From Spirochaetales bacterium (GTDB lineage Bacteria; Spirochaetota; Spirochaetia; SZUA-6): a stretch of DNA of 31,087 nt. The stretch is taken from NCBI GenBank assembly GCA_003233545.1, contig QILZ01000160.1, positions 1 to 31,087 of the forward strand, given 5' to 3'. A program made the translations under genes and the position numbers. A model generated the notes under the pieces. That model saw nothing but the letters and a program-made list of their open reading frames with translations. It did not search any database and was not told where the DNA came from. Of this stretch, positions 1-7,868 are shown in pieces; position 1 is the stretch's first letter, and each line of letters starts with the position of its first letter.

Positions 1-1393
1 TAATACTGTCTCCGGGATTATATATTTTCACCTTCACGTATCTGAATTTCTCCGGAGGAATGTTTTTTTCTTTTATTTCCGTGGAAATTGTCTGCTCGAG
101 CTTTTCCGGATGTACTGTTTTTGTCAGCGGTTTTATATTAAACAGGAAAAGGAACAGTACAAGAATAAAAAAGCCGGCAGTGTGAAGGATGTACGCAAGG
201 AGCGGTTTTTTTCTTCTTGTTTCATAGATATTTTCACTGCCTGTTCCGTAAAAAATAATTCTGTACCGGCCGAATAGAATCAGATCCTCTTCCTTGAGCT
301 TTTTTTGTTTCCTTTCCACACCATTTATGGTAAGGGGGATGTTGGACCGAATAAACGGAGTGTTGTTGAAATACTCTATTTTACAGATTGTTCCTCTTCG
401 TTTTCCCTTTAACCCGGACTCCGGTAGAAGTATGTCTGCATCTCCCTGTGAAGAGATAGCGGCTGGCAGTTTATGTATCCTCCTGAATTCCTTTCTGCCG
501 GAGGGGTGGATAATTTTAAGACGTGCGAAAGTACGGGTTCCTACGGGGATTTTCTCCGTTTTCCCCTTCCTGAAAAGTGCGAAGTATAGAAATGAAAAGA
601 TAAGTGCCGGTAGGAAAAAAGGATTTACCTGTTTTGTAACCGTGTATTTCGTATTTTTTATATCTGCCGCATCCGCCCTGTTTTTATTTTTTCCTGCGGC
701 TGTCAGAGGTTCTCTGTTCCTGTTTATTTCCCTGGCGATTGCTGTAGGCTGTGTAACCGTATAAAAGTGCAGGCGGCTTAACCCGACAGGTTTTTTCTTA
801 AGATCATTATTATTTGTTAAGGGGAAGCCTGCAAAGTAAAGGCTGACCGAATTATCAGCATGGCGCTTTAAGAAGCTGCTCCAGGAAGGTAAAAAATCAT
901 CCGTATTCGAAGAGATACCGTCGGAAATAAGAATTACCGACTTTTTTACTCCTTTTCCCTCTGTGCTGCAGTAGTTAATTCCAAATGCAACAGCCGAATC
1001 TATGGGGGATAATCCCCATGGTTCGATCTTTTTGGAATAATTTAAGATTTTCCGGTACGATGAAGAGAACGGGATTCTTAAAACAACATCCCTGCCTTTC
1101 CCGGTATCTTCTCCGAAGGTAACAAGCGCCCATTCCGATGGTTTCTTTACTTCCTGTAAAAGTGGGCTTAAGAATTTAACGGCGGCCTGCATCCTGTTTT
1201 CTTCGCTGCGTTTTCCGGGCTCCGTGCCGGCCTGCATGCGCATGCTGTAGGAAGAGTCGAGTATCAGAACCACGCTCGAAAGTAATGTTCCGTTCGGATT
1301 TGTATTTTGCCCGTATGCTGCCGATAAAAATATAATGAGAAAGAGGGAAATGGAAGATATTACCTGTTTCACTATGAAAATAAAAATTAACAT
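1..1393 (-). CDS. Membrane protein: signal peptide, VWA domain, TM, degenerate FHA-like domain, TM; 3'-truncated by the window edge and absent from the ORF track
   Basis: Manual translation gives an open frame from ATG 1393 (or GTG 1372, MKQVISSISLFLIIFLSAAYG) to the window edge with no stop. MIDAS motif LILDSSYSM, later ILISDG; TM FFLPALIFSFLYFALF; FHA-like C-terminal part LTINGVERKQKKLKEEDLILFGRYRIIF; second TM LLAYILHTAGFFILVLFLFLF. Confidence 0.85.
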   Translation of the reverse strand, partial: MLIFIFIVKQVISSISLFLIIFLSAAYGQNTNPNGTLLSSVVLILDSSYSMRMQAGTEPGKRSEENRMQAAVKFLSPLLQEVKKPSEWALVTFGEDTGKGRDVVLRIPFSSSYRKILNYSKKIEPWGLSPIDSAVAFGINYCSTEGKGVKKSVILISDGISSNTDDFLPSWSSFLKRHADNSVSLYFAGFPLTNNNDLKKKPVGLSRLHFYTVTQPTAIAREINRNREPLTAAGKNKNRADAADIKNTKYTVTKQVNPFFLPALIFSFLYFALFRKGKTEKIPVGTRTFARLKIIHPSGRKEFRRIHKLPAAISSQGDADILLPESGLKGKRRGTICKIEYFNNTPFIRSNIPLTINGVERKQKKLKEEDLILFGRYRIIFYGTGSENIYETRRKKPLLAYILHTAGFFILVLFLFLFNIKPLTKTVHPEKLEQTISTEIKEKNIPPEKFRYVKVKIYNPGDSI

Positions 1394-1411
1394 AAAGGTG
1401 GAAATTAGTCT

Positions 1412-1924
1412 ATGCGTTTAAAATTCTCAGTTATTGTTATTCTGGGGCTGTTCGCTGTCCGCGTTTTTTCGGAGACTCTCTGTTTGTATGTGGAGGAGCG
1501 TACAAACGGGACACCCGGACCCTTTCCTCCTCCTACCAAGGAAGGAATTTATTACGGTTTGTTCGATGGTGATCATATAGTTTTTGATACGGGAGATAAG
1601 AATATACTGCGCGTAAACTGGCAAAAGCAGGAGTTTGACGAGGCTCTTAACCTGTCCGTAGAGGGAGGTGCCCGTTATCTTGTTGCCGTAAGGGTTAATA
1701 CCGTAAAGCATAAAACTAAGGATAAACAAACTATTGTAAATACGGAAGCTTCATATTATTTATACGATGCAAGATACTCGAAACTAATTGAAAAGGGTAA
1801 TGTAGAGGGCGATAATAGTGGTAAAGAAAGCAGGATTAATCAGAAAAAACTGGATTTTACACTCGGAGAAAAGATAGCCTCGATTATAAATGATTCAATC
1901 AAGAAATACGTCGATAAACTCTGA
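1412..1924 (+). CDS. Hypothetical exported protein
   Basis: 170-aa ORF with an N-terminal signal-peptide-like segment (MRLKFSVIVILGLFAVRVFS) and AAGGTGG upstream. No motif recognised. The 3' end overlaps convergent manA by 30 bp. Confidence 0.7.
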   Translation: MRLKFSVIVILGLFAVRVFSETLCLYVEERTNGTPGPFPPPTKEGIYYGLFDGDHIVFDTGDKNILRVNWQKQEFDEALNLSVEGGARYLVAVRVNTVKHKTKDKQTIVNTEASYYLYDARYSKLIEKGNVEGDNSGKESRINQKKLDFTLGEKIASIINDSIKKYVDKL

Positions 1925-2914
1925 GTTTTCGGCCGGTTTAATGCGGAGCTTCGTGCACACAGGCGGAATAAAAAAAGTATTACCCTTTTTATACGGGATA
2001 CTGCCATATTTTAAGCCGCCCTGTGCGGGATCGTCTGTTTGCCATTTCATAATACCCGAGCCTTCGGTTACTATCAGTATATTAAACCTGTCTTCCTGAT
2101 TCTCTTTAATCTTATAATTTTTATCTATATTGTACCGCTTAACTGTAAAGTACGGTGACTTAACAAGTGTGGAGACGAGGCCGAAGGGTTGTTTTTCTCC
2201 TCTTATCCTCATCACATTTTCCCTGAAATCGAAGTTAATTACTTCCAGCGCTTTTTCCATATGCAGAGGCCTTGGCTTTCCGTCGAATCCCAGCCGTTTC
2301 CAGTCGTAAAGCCTGTATGTGGAATCGGAGCTTTCCTGGATTTCCAGAAGCACAACTCCTCCGAGTATGGCATGAACAGTGCCTGCGGGAACAAGGAGAA
2401 CATCGCCTTTTTTAATATCGACATATCTTAAGAGTTTTTCGATGGCTCCTGTGGTTCCGCCGCTGATAGCGCTTTCCAATACGGAACGGTTAGTTCCTTC
2501 CTGTAAGCCATAGATAAGCTGTGCATTCGGTTCACTGTACAGGATGTACCACATTTCGGTCTTGCCGCGGTCATTTTCATGCTCTTTCGCATAGGCATCA
2601 TCCGGGTGAACCTGTACGGAAAGTTTATCCGATGCATCGATGAATTTTATCAGTACAGGCAGGGTTTTATATCCCCTTTCAATTATTCTTGTTCCCAGCA
2701 TTTCCTTGAGGTTCATGGCAATGGCCTTATCCAGCTTTGTACCCTCTAAGGAGCCGGAAGCAATTGTACTGATTCCGTTATGATGTGTAGAGGCTTCCCA
2801 TGACTCTCCGAATTTCCCCGGGGGAAGTTTTTTGCCTATAACTGTTTCCAGTCTCCTTCCTCCCCAGATTTTTTCCATTAATACAGGTTTTAAAAGAAAA
2901 GGTTCTATAATCAT
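1895..2914 (-). CDS. manA: Type I mannose-6-phosphate isomerase (short cupin form)
   Basis: KIWGG, GESWE, IKFIDASDKLSVQVHPDD, GKTEMWY, VPAGTVHA and EIQESSDSTYRLYDW motifs with Zn ligands. Start revised to ATG 2914 (MIIEPFLLKP) because the ORF-track TTG at 2953 coincides with a -35 hexamer. Confidence 0.92.
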   Translation of the reverse strand: MIIEPFLLKPVLMEKIWGGRRLETVIGKKLPPGKFGESWEASTHHNGISTIASGSLEGTKLDKAIAMNLKEMLGTRIIERGYKTLPVLIKFIDASDKLSVQVHPDDAYAKEHENDRGKTEMWYILYSEPNAQLIYGLQEGTNRSVLESAISGGTTGAIEKLLRYVDIKKGDVLLVPAGTVHAILGGVVLLEIQESSDSTYRLYDWKRLGFDGKPRPLHMEKALEVINFDFRENVMRIRGEKQPFGLVSTLVKSPYFTVKRYNIDKNYKIKENQEDRFNILIVTEGSGIMKWQTDDPAQGGLKYGSIPYKKGNTFFIPPVCTKLRIKPAENSEFIDVFLD

Positions 2915-2920
2915 AATAGT

Positions 2921-2953
2921 ACTATAATAACTGGACAAGCCCATACATTTCAA
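2921..2953 (-). promoter_or_regulatory. Putative sigma70 promoter of manA (leaderless or very short leader)
   Basis: Minus strand TTGAAA-18nt-TATTAT, with an overlapping TATAGT 6 nt before the ATG; no Shine-Dalgarno. Confidence 0.5.
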
Positions 2954-3011
2954 TAAAATAATAGTCAGAGAAAGGTAATTTCCTTCCGATTATGGAAATT
3001 AGGAGATCTCT

Positions 3012-4406
3012 ATGAAAAAGTGGGTTACCGTTTTTGCTCTGTTATTTATTATAGCTTCAGGCTTGTCGGGAGAAGAACTCTGGAAAGGTAATGCAGCGGT
3101 AATAAGGGGGGGAAGTCTCGATCATGCAGGTCTGTATGCTGTGTCGAATTCGTTTTCCAGGTACTCGAGAATAATTGTAAAAAATCTTAAAAACGGCAAA
3201 GAGGCTGCAATAACCGTTGTGGGCAGAATTCCGGAAACTTCCAATATGTTTATTCTTCTCTCCCGTGGAGCGGCCGAGTTACTTGGGATGCCGGAAAATG
3301 ATATTATCAGAGTCACCGTTAAATTAAGCAGCGAACCGGGTACGGTAACAGAGGGAATGCCGGGTGACCTGGCATACAACCCCGATCCGGATATAAATCC
3401 TGCGGTTATGGTGCCTGAGGAAAAGGCGGAGGAACGGCTGACGGTAAAGAAAAAACCGGAGGTTAAACCGGTTCCGGAAGTAAAACCCGCCGGAGAAACA
3501 GTAAAAACCGCGGTTAAGGAAACCGAAGTAAAAAAAACTGAAGTAAAAAAAACTGTTTCCGGTACTGTTTCCGGTGATGAAAATGCTGATATATTAAAAT
3601 ATCTAACCGGGCGCAGGCTTAAGAAAACCCTGTTTAAGAAGCCTCACAGTGAGGAAGCTCTTACCCTTCTCGAAAAACCCAGGTCTCCGTCAAAGGAGAA
3701 AGCTGTTATCAGTTTAAATGCGGAACCGGAAAGTGAAAATTTAAAAAAACAGGTTCAGATTTCAGATGTATTAAGCAAGCCTTCCGTACCGGGGAACGGG
3801 AATCCTTCTCTGGAACTGCCCGGAGTGGAAACCCCCGGGGTGGAGACCCCTGTAAAACAGAAGCTGCCTGTTAAAGAGTATACGGGGGAGGCGTTAAAAG
3901 AGACGCCCGAAGAACCGGAGGCAGCAGGGAAGCCTGAAGAAAAGAAAAGTATCAAACCATCTGCAAGTACTGCAGTACTTAAGCCCGGAACGGTAAAGCT
4001 GGTATTGGAACCAACGGAACCCAAACCCCCTCCCTCTGCAGCCGGGGGTAAATCCGTGAAACAGAGCAGGGCGGAGGTGAAAAAAGCACCGGAAAAGGCG
4101 GTTAAAAAGACAGCCGGGCCGGAAAAGGCAGAAAATAAATTTGTCTATAAGGCTCTGTCAACAAATGAATTACCGAAGAAGTCCTATTTTCTTCAGATCG
4201 GAGCATATTCCAGCCTGGTTCTTGCGGAAAAACTCGTAGGAGAACTTAAAGGGTCATACCCGGTTACTGTGCTCTACTGGAAGGGCGGAAAACATATTAT
4301 ATATAAGGTTCTCATAGGACCCTTAAATGAGGATGAAAGCGGTACTCTTCTGTTCCGGTTTCGTGCCAGGGGATTTAAGGGTTCGTTTATACGTTACACC
4401 GATTAA
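3012..4406 (+). CDS. Exported protein with a degenerate RlpA-like (DPBB) N-terminal domain, a long Pro/Lys/Glu-rich linker and a C-terminal SPOR domain
   Basis: SD AGGAG; signal peptide; IVKNLKNGKEAAITVVGR...ILLSRGAAELLG resembles the RlpA DPBB domain; SYFLQIGAYSS...YKVLIGP...GFKGSFI is a SPOR pattern. Confidence 0.8.
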   Translation: MKKWVTVFALLFIIASGLSGEELWKGNAAVIRGGSLDHAGLYAVSNSFSRYSRIIVKNLKNGKEAAITVVGRIPETSNMFILLSRGAAELLGMPENDIIRVTVKLSSEPGTVTEGMPGDLAYNPDPDINPAVMVPEEKAEERLTVKKKPEVKPVPEVKPAGETVKTAVKETEVKKTEVKKTVSGTVSGDENADILKYLTGRRLKKTLFKKPHSEEALTLLEKPRSPSKEKAVISLNAEPESENLKKQVQISDVLSKPSVPGNGNPSLELPGVETPGVETPVKQKLPVKEYTGEALKETPEEPEAAGKPEEKKSIKPSASTAVLKPGTVKLVLEPTEPKPPPSAAGGKSVKQSRAEVKKAPEKAVKKTAGPEKAENKFVYKALSTNELPKKSYFLQIGAYSSLVLAEKLVGELKGSYPVTVLYWKGGKHIIYKVLIGPLNEDESGTLLFRFRARGFKGSFIRYTD

Positions 4407-4417
4407 ATAAAACTAGA

Positions 4418-6472
4418 ATGACAGAAGATCAGGCAAGGATAAGAATCGGAGAGCTTTCCGGTAAACTCAGAAGATATCAGTACGAATACTTTATTTTAAG
4501 CAGACCTACCGTTTCCGATACTGAGTATGACAGGCTGTTCGATGAACTTATTGGGCTGGAAAAACAGTTTCCCGGTCTTGTAGAACCGGATTCACCGACA
4601 AAGAGGGTGGGATCGGACCTTTCACAGGATTTTCCTGAAGTACGCCATACAATACCTGTTTTAAGTCTCGACAAGGTGTACAGTTACCGGGAAATTACCG
4701 AATGGATCATTAAAACAGATAAAAAATCGGGACATACATGCTCTTTTGTGCTGGAAGAGAAAATAGATGGAGCTTCTATAGTTCTGTACTATGAATCTGG
4801 TATTCTTACACGTGCCGTTACAAGAGGTAACGGAGAAGTCGGTAACGATATTACCGGAAATGTAAAAACGATTAATTCCGTTCCCCTGAAACTGACAAAA
4901 CCGGTAAACGCAGCGGTAAGAGGAGAAATCTATCTCCCAGGGGACAGATTCGACGAGATAAATAAGAAAATGGATATACCCTATGCAAATCCCAGAAACC
5001 TTGCATCCGGAACTCTTCGAAGGGTAAAGAGCAGCGAAGTTGCAGCGGTTCCCCTTGATATTTTTGTTTACGAGGGTTTTCTGGAAGGGGAATTTCCCAC
5101 TCATGTAGAAGTTCTGGATGAATTATTGGAACTCGGCTTCCGGCTGAATCCTAATACGGGATATTTTTCCGATACTTCCGATTTAAAGGTTATTAAGAAT
5201 AATCATCCTTCCTGGTATACAGGTACCGTTAATGATATCGGTGAATATCTGGAAAAAAAGAAAAGAGAAAGGGAAAAACTGGCATACGAAATCGACGGTA
5301 TTGTTGTAAAGGTAAATGAAATCAGTGAACGCGAGAAACTCGGATACACCGGACACCATCCGAGATGGGCTGTCGCCTATAAGTTCGAATCCCCTGAGGG
5401 TATTACCACGATCAGGGATATTACGGTTCAGGTCGGTAGAACGGGAAGGGTTACCCCTGTTGCGAGGGTGGAGCCTGTGGAAATATCCGGTTCCGTTATT
5501 TCCAATGTTACACTACACAATCAGGATTATATAGACATGCTCGAATTGGCAGTAGGAGACAGGGTTGCCGTTTCGAAAAGAGGGGATGTTATACCTGCGG
5601 TAGAACGTGTTCTGGAAAAAAATGAATCGGGAAATACAACCTGGCGGATGCCCGGGTACTGCCCCTCCTGTAACCGTATACTGATAAAAACAGGTGCGCA
5701 TCATTTCTGTATTAACAATACTTGCCCTGCACAGATACGGGGAAGATTAAAGTTTTTTGTTGCACGGGGGCAGATGGATATAGAGAGTCTCGGCCCTGAA
5801 ACACTCGATGTTCTCATAGAAAAAGGTTGGGTATCGGATGTTGCCGATCTCTATACCTTTAATCCGGAAGCCCTGATCGAACTTCCGGGGTTCGGGGATA
5901 AGAAAGTGAAGCTTATAAGGGACGGACTGGAAAAAAGTAAAAACAAGCCCTTTGCCACTGTTCTTAAATCTCTCGGGATTCCGGAAATGGGACCAAAAGT
6001 TATCGAGCTTCTCATAGAAGCAGGCTACGGGGATATCGATTCGCTGTTTAAACTTGCGGATACGGATGATACTAAACCCCTGATGTCCATACACGGAATA
6101 GGCGAAAAGACCGCTTTAATGATAATTGAAGAGTTAAAAAAACCTCAGGTCAGAAAAAGGATAGAAAATCTTAAGAAAGCAGGGCTGCGGTTTGCCGAAG
6201 AAACGGGAGAAGAAGAGGATACAGATATATTACCTGAAATCTTTAAAGGCCAGACGTGGTGTGTAACGGGCAGCTTTAAACATTTTAAACCGCGGGAACT
6301 TGCAATGGAAGAAGTCAAAAAACGCGGAGGGAGAGTTACATCTAATATAACCTCAAAAACAACACATCTTCTTACAGGTCAGGGAGCCGGGAGCAAGTTA
6401 AACAGAGCTGCCGCCCTTGATGTAAAGATTGTAAAAGAGAATGATTTTCTTAAAATGCTTAAAGGAAAATAA
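4418..6472 (+). CDS. ligA: NAD+-dependent DNA ligase
   Basis: EEKIDG adenylation motif, TRGNG, EIDGIVVK, PRWAVAYKF, QVGRTG, C4 zinc finger (CPSC...C...C), HhH repeats and a C-terminal BRCT domain. Confidence 0.98.
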   Translation: MTEDQARIRIGELSGKLRRYQYEYFILSRPTVSDTEYDRLFDELIGLEKQFPGLVEPDSPTKRVGSDLSQDFPEVRHTIPVLSLDKVYSYREITEWIIKTDKKSGHTCSFVLEEKIDGASIVLYYESGILTRAVTRGNGEVGNDITGNVKTINSVPLKLTKPVNAAVRGEIYLPGDRFDEINKKMDIPYANPRNLASGTLRRVKSSEVAAVPLDIFVYEGFLEGEFPTHVEVLDELLELGFRLNPNTGYFSDTSDLKVIKNNHPSWYTGTVNDIGEYLEKKKREREKLAYEIDGIVVKVNEISEREKLGYTGHHPRWAVAYKFESPEGITTIRDITVQVGRTGRVTPVARVEPVEISGSVISNVTLHNQDYIDMLELAVGDRVAVSKRGDVIPAVERVLEKNESGNTTWRMPGYCPSCNRILIKTGAHHFCINNTCPAQIRGRLKFFVARGQMDIESLGPETLDVLIEKGWVSDVADLYTFNPEALIELPGFGDKKVKLIRDGLEKSKNKPFATVLKSLGIPEMGPKVIELLIEAGYGDIDSLFKLADTDDTKPLMSIHGIGEKTALMIIEELKKPQVRKRIENLKKAGLRFAEETGEEEDTDILPEIFKGQTWCVTGSFKHFKPRELAMEEVKKRGGRVTSNITSKTTHLLTGQGAGSKLNRAAALDVKIVKENDFLKMLKGK

Positions 6473-6516
6473 GGTTTAACCGGCGGAGTACCGTTAAAAC
6501 TTATTCAAAGAAATAC

Positions 6517-6545
6517 TTGACCTCGATGTTAACACGGTTTAGAGT
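6517..6545 (+). promoter_or_regulatory. Putative sigma70 promoter of the BMP ABC transporter operon
   Basis: TTGACC-17nt-TAGAGT, followed by SD GGAGG before ATG 6583. Confidence 0.7.
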
Positions 6546-6582
6546 GATAAAAAAAAATATCATATAAACGGAGGAAATAAGG

Positions 6583-7725
6583 ATGAAGAAACTTGGTTTT
6601 GTACTGATCCTGCTTCTTTCTGTGTCTCTCATTTTTGCAGGAGGGACAAAGGAAAAGAGTAAGACTGCCGGTCCTAAGTATAAAATAGGATTGGTTTTTG
6701 ACATCGGAGGACGGGGTGACAAATCGTTTAACGATTCGGCTCATGCAGGTCTTGTTCACATTGCAAAGCAGTATAAAGGATATATAAAGGACGACCCGGA
6801 TAATGTAAATTACGGAACCGTAATCGAGATGAAATATCTGGAACCGAAAGCAGGAGGGCAGGACAGGGAGCAGCTGTTAAGAGTCTTGGCAGAGCAGGGA
6901 TACAATCTCATCTATGGTATCGGTTTTATGTTCTCCGATCCGCTTGCAAAGGTAGCAAAAGATTTTCCAAATGTGCACTTTGCAATAGTAGATGGGTATA
7001 TACCGAATCTAGATAAGAACAGTAATATAACATGTCTTCTTTTTAAAGAACATGAGGGTTCCTTCCTCGTTGGTGCAATAGCCGGGCTTATGAATAAAGG
7101 CGGCAAGATAGGGTTTATCGGCGGAATGGATATTCCTCTGATTCATAAGTTCGAAGGTGGTTATATAGCCGGTGCACTCTATGTAAATCCGAAACTCAGG
7201 GACGAATCCATGATCCTTGCACAGTATATAGGTAAGGATCCCTCTGCTTTTAAAGATGCCCCTGCGGCATATAATATCGCAAGCAACATGTACAGGCAGG
7301 GTGCGACGATAATTTACCATGCAGCGGGTGCTTCCGGCGACGGACTGTTCCAGGCTGCGGAAGAGTATAAAAAACTGGCTATCGGGGTGGATTCCGATCA
7401 GGGACTTATATATGCAACTGCCAAAGATGCTGCTACAAGGGCAAGAGCAAAATACATATTAACTTCCATGTTAAAGAGAGTGGATAATGCGGTTTTCCGG
7501 ACTGCTACGGAATTAATCGAAAACGGGAGGGTTGACGGCGGTTATCATTCCTTCGGGCTTAAGGAAAATGGTGTCGGGTTTGCAGTTAATAAATATAACA
7601 AAGATGAACTTGCTCCGATTATAAGTAAGATAGAGAGTATCAGGAAAAAGATAATAGACGGCGAAATAGTCGTTCCTGATAATGACAGTAAAGTAAAGGC
7701 ATGGGCCTTAAAAAACCTTAAATAG
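6583..7725 (+). CDS. BMP-family (PnrA/TmpC-like) ABC transporter substrate-binding protein, probably for nucleosides
   Basis: GGRGDKSFNDSA, FKEHEGSFLVG, GFIGGMDIPLIHKFEGGY, IYHAAGASG, IGVDSDQ and SMLKRVD motifs; signal peptide with FAGGxxE and no lipobox Cys. Confidence 0.92.
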   Translation: MKKLGFVLILLLSVSLIFAGGTKEKSKTAGPKYKIGLVFDIGGRGDKSFNDSAHAGLVHIAKQYKGYIKDDPDNVNYGTVIEMKYLEPKAGGQDREQLLRVLAEQGYNLIYGIGFMFSDPLAKVAKDFPNVHFAIVDGYIPNLDKNSNITCLLFKEHEGSFLVGAIAGLMNKGGKIGFIGGMDIPLIHKFEGGYIAGALYVNPKLRDESMILAQYIGKDPSAFKDAPAAYNIASNMYRQGATIIYHAAGASGDGLFQAAEEYKKLAIGVDSDQGLIYATAKDAATRARAKYILTSMLKRVDNAVFRTATELIENGRVDGGYHSFGLKENGVGFAVNKYNKDELAPIISKIESIRKKIIDGEIVVPDNDSKVKAWALKNLK

Positions 7726-7739
7726 TTTTATTTTTTAAC

Positions 7740-7776
7740 AGGCGGGACTGTGACCGGTTCCGCCTCTTCTTTTTTT
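7740..7776 (+). terminator. Intrinsic terminator or stabilising hairpin after the binding-protein gene
   Basis: Stem AGGCGGGA/TTCCGCCT (one G-U pair) followed by CTTCTTTTTTT. Confidence 0.75.
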
Positions 7777-7807
7777 ATTTATGGCCGTATATAAACCGTA
7801 ATATAAC

Positions 7808-7837
7808 TTGTTAAGTTAAACGGCCCGAAATTATTGT
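7808..7837 (+). promoter_or_regulatory. Possible internal promoter for the ATPase and permease genes
   Basis: TTGTTA-18nt-TATTGT downstream of the terminator; the palindrome TAACTT-GTT-AAGTTA (7804-7818) overlaps the -35. Confidence 0.35.
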
Positions 7838-7868
7838 AAATACTTCAAATTAAGCAAAGGATTTTAAA

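Noticed and set aside
294-764. 156-aa plus-strand ORF in the track
   Set aside because: Antisense shadow of the motif-bearing VWA/FHA gene on the minus strand; no recognisable features.
2965-2992. CCGATTA upstream of the SPOR gene as a sigma28 -10 element
   Set aside because: No matching TAAA -35 element at the correct spacing.
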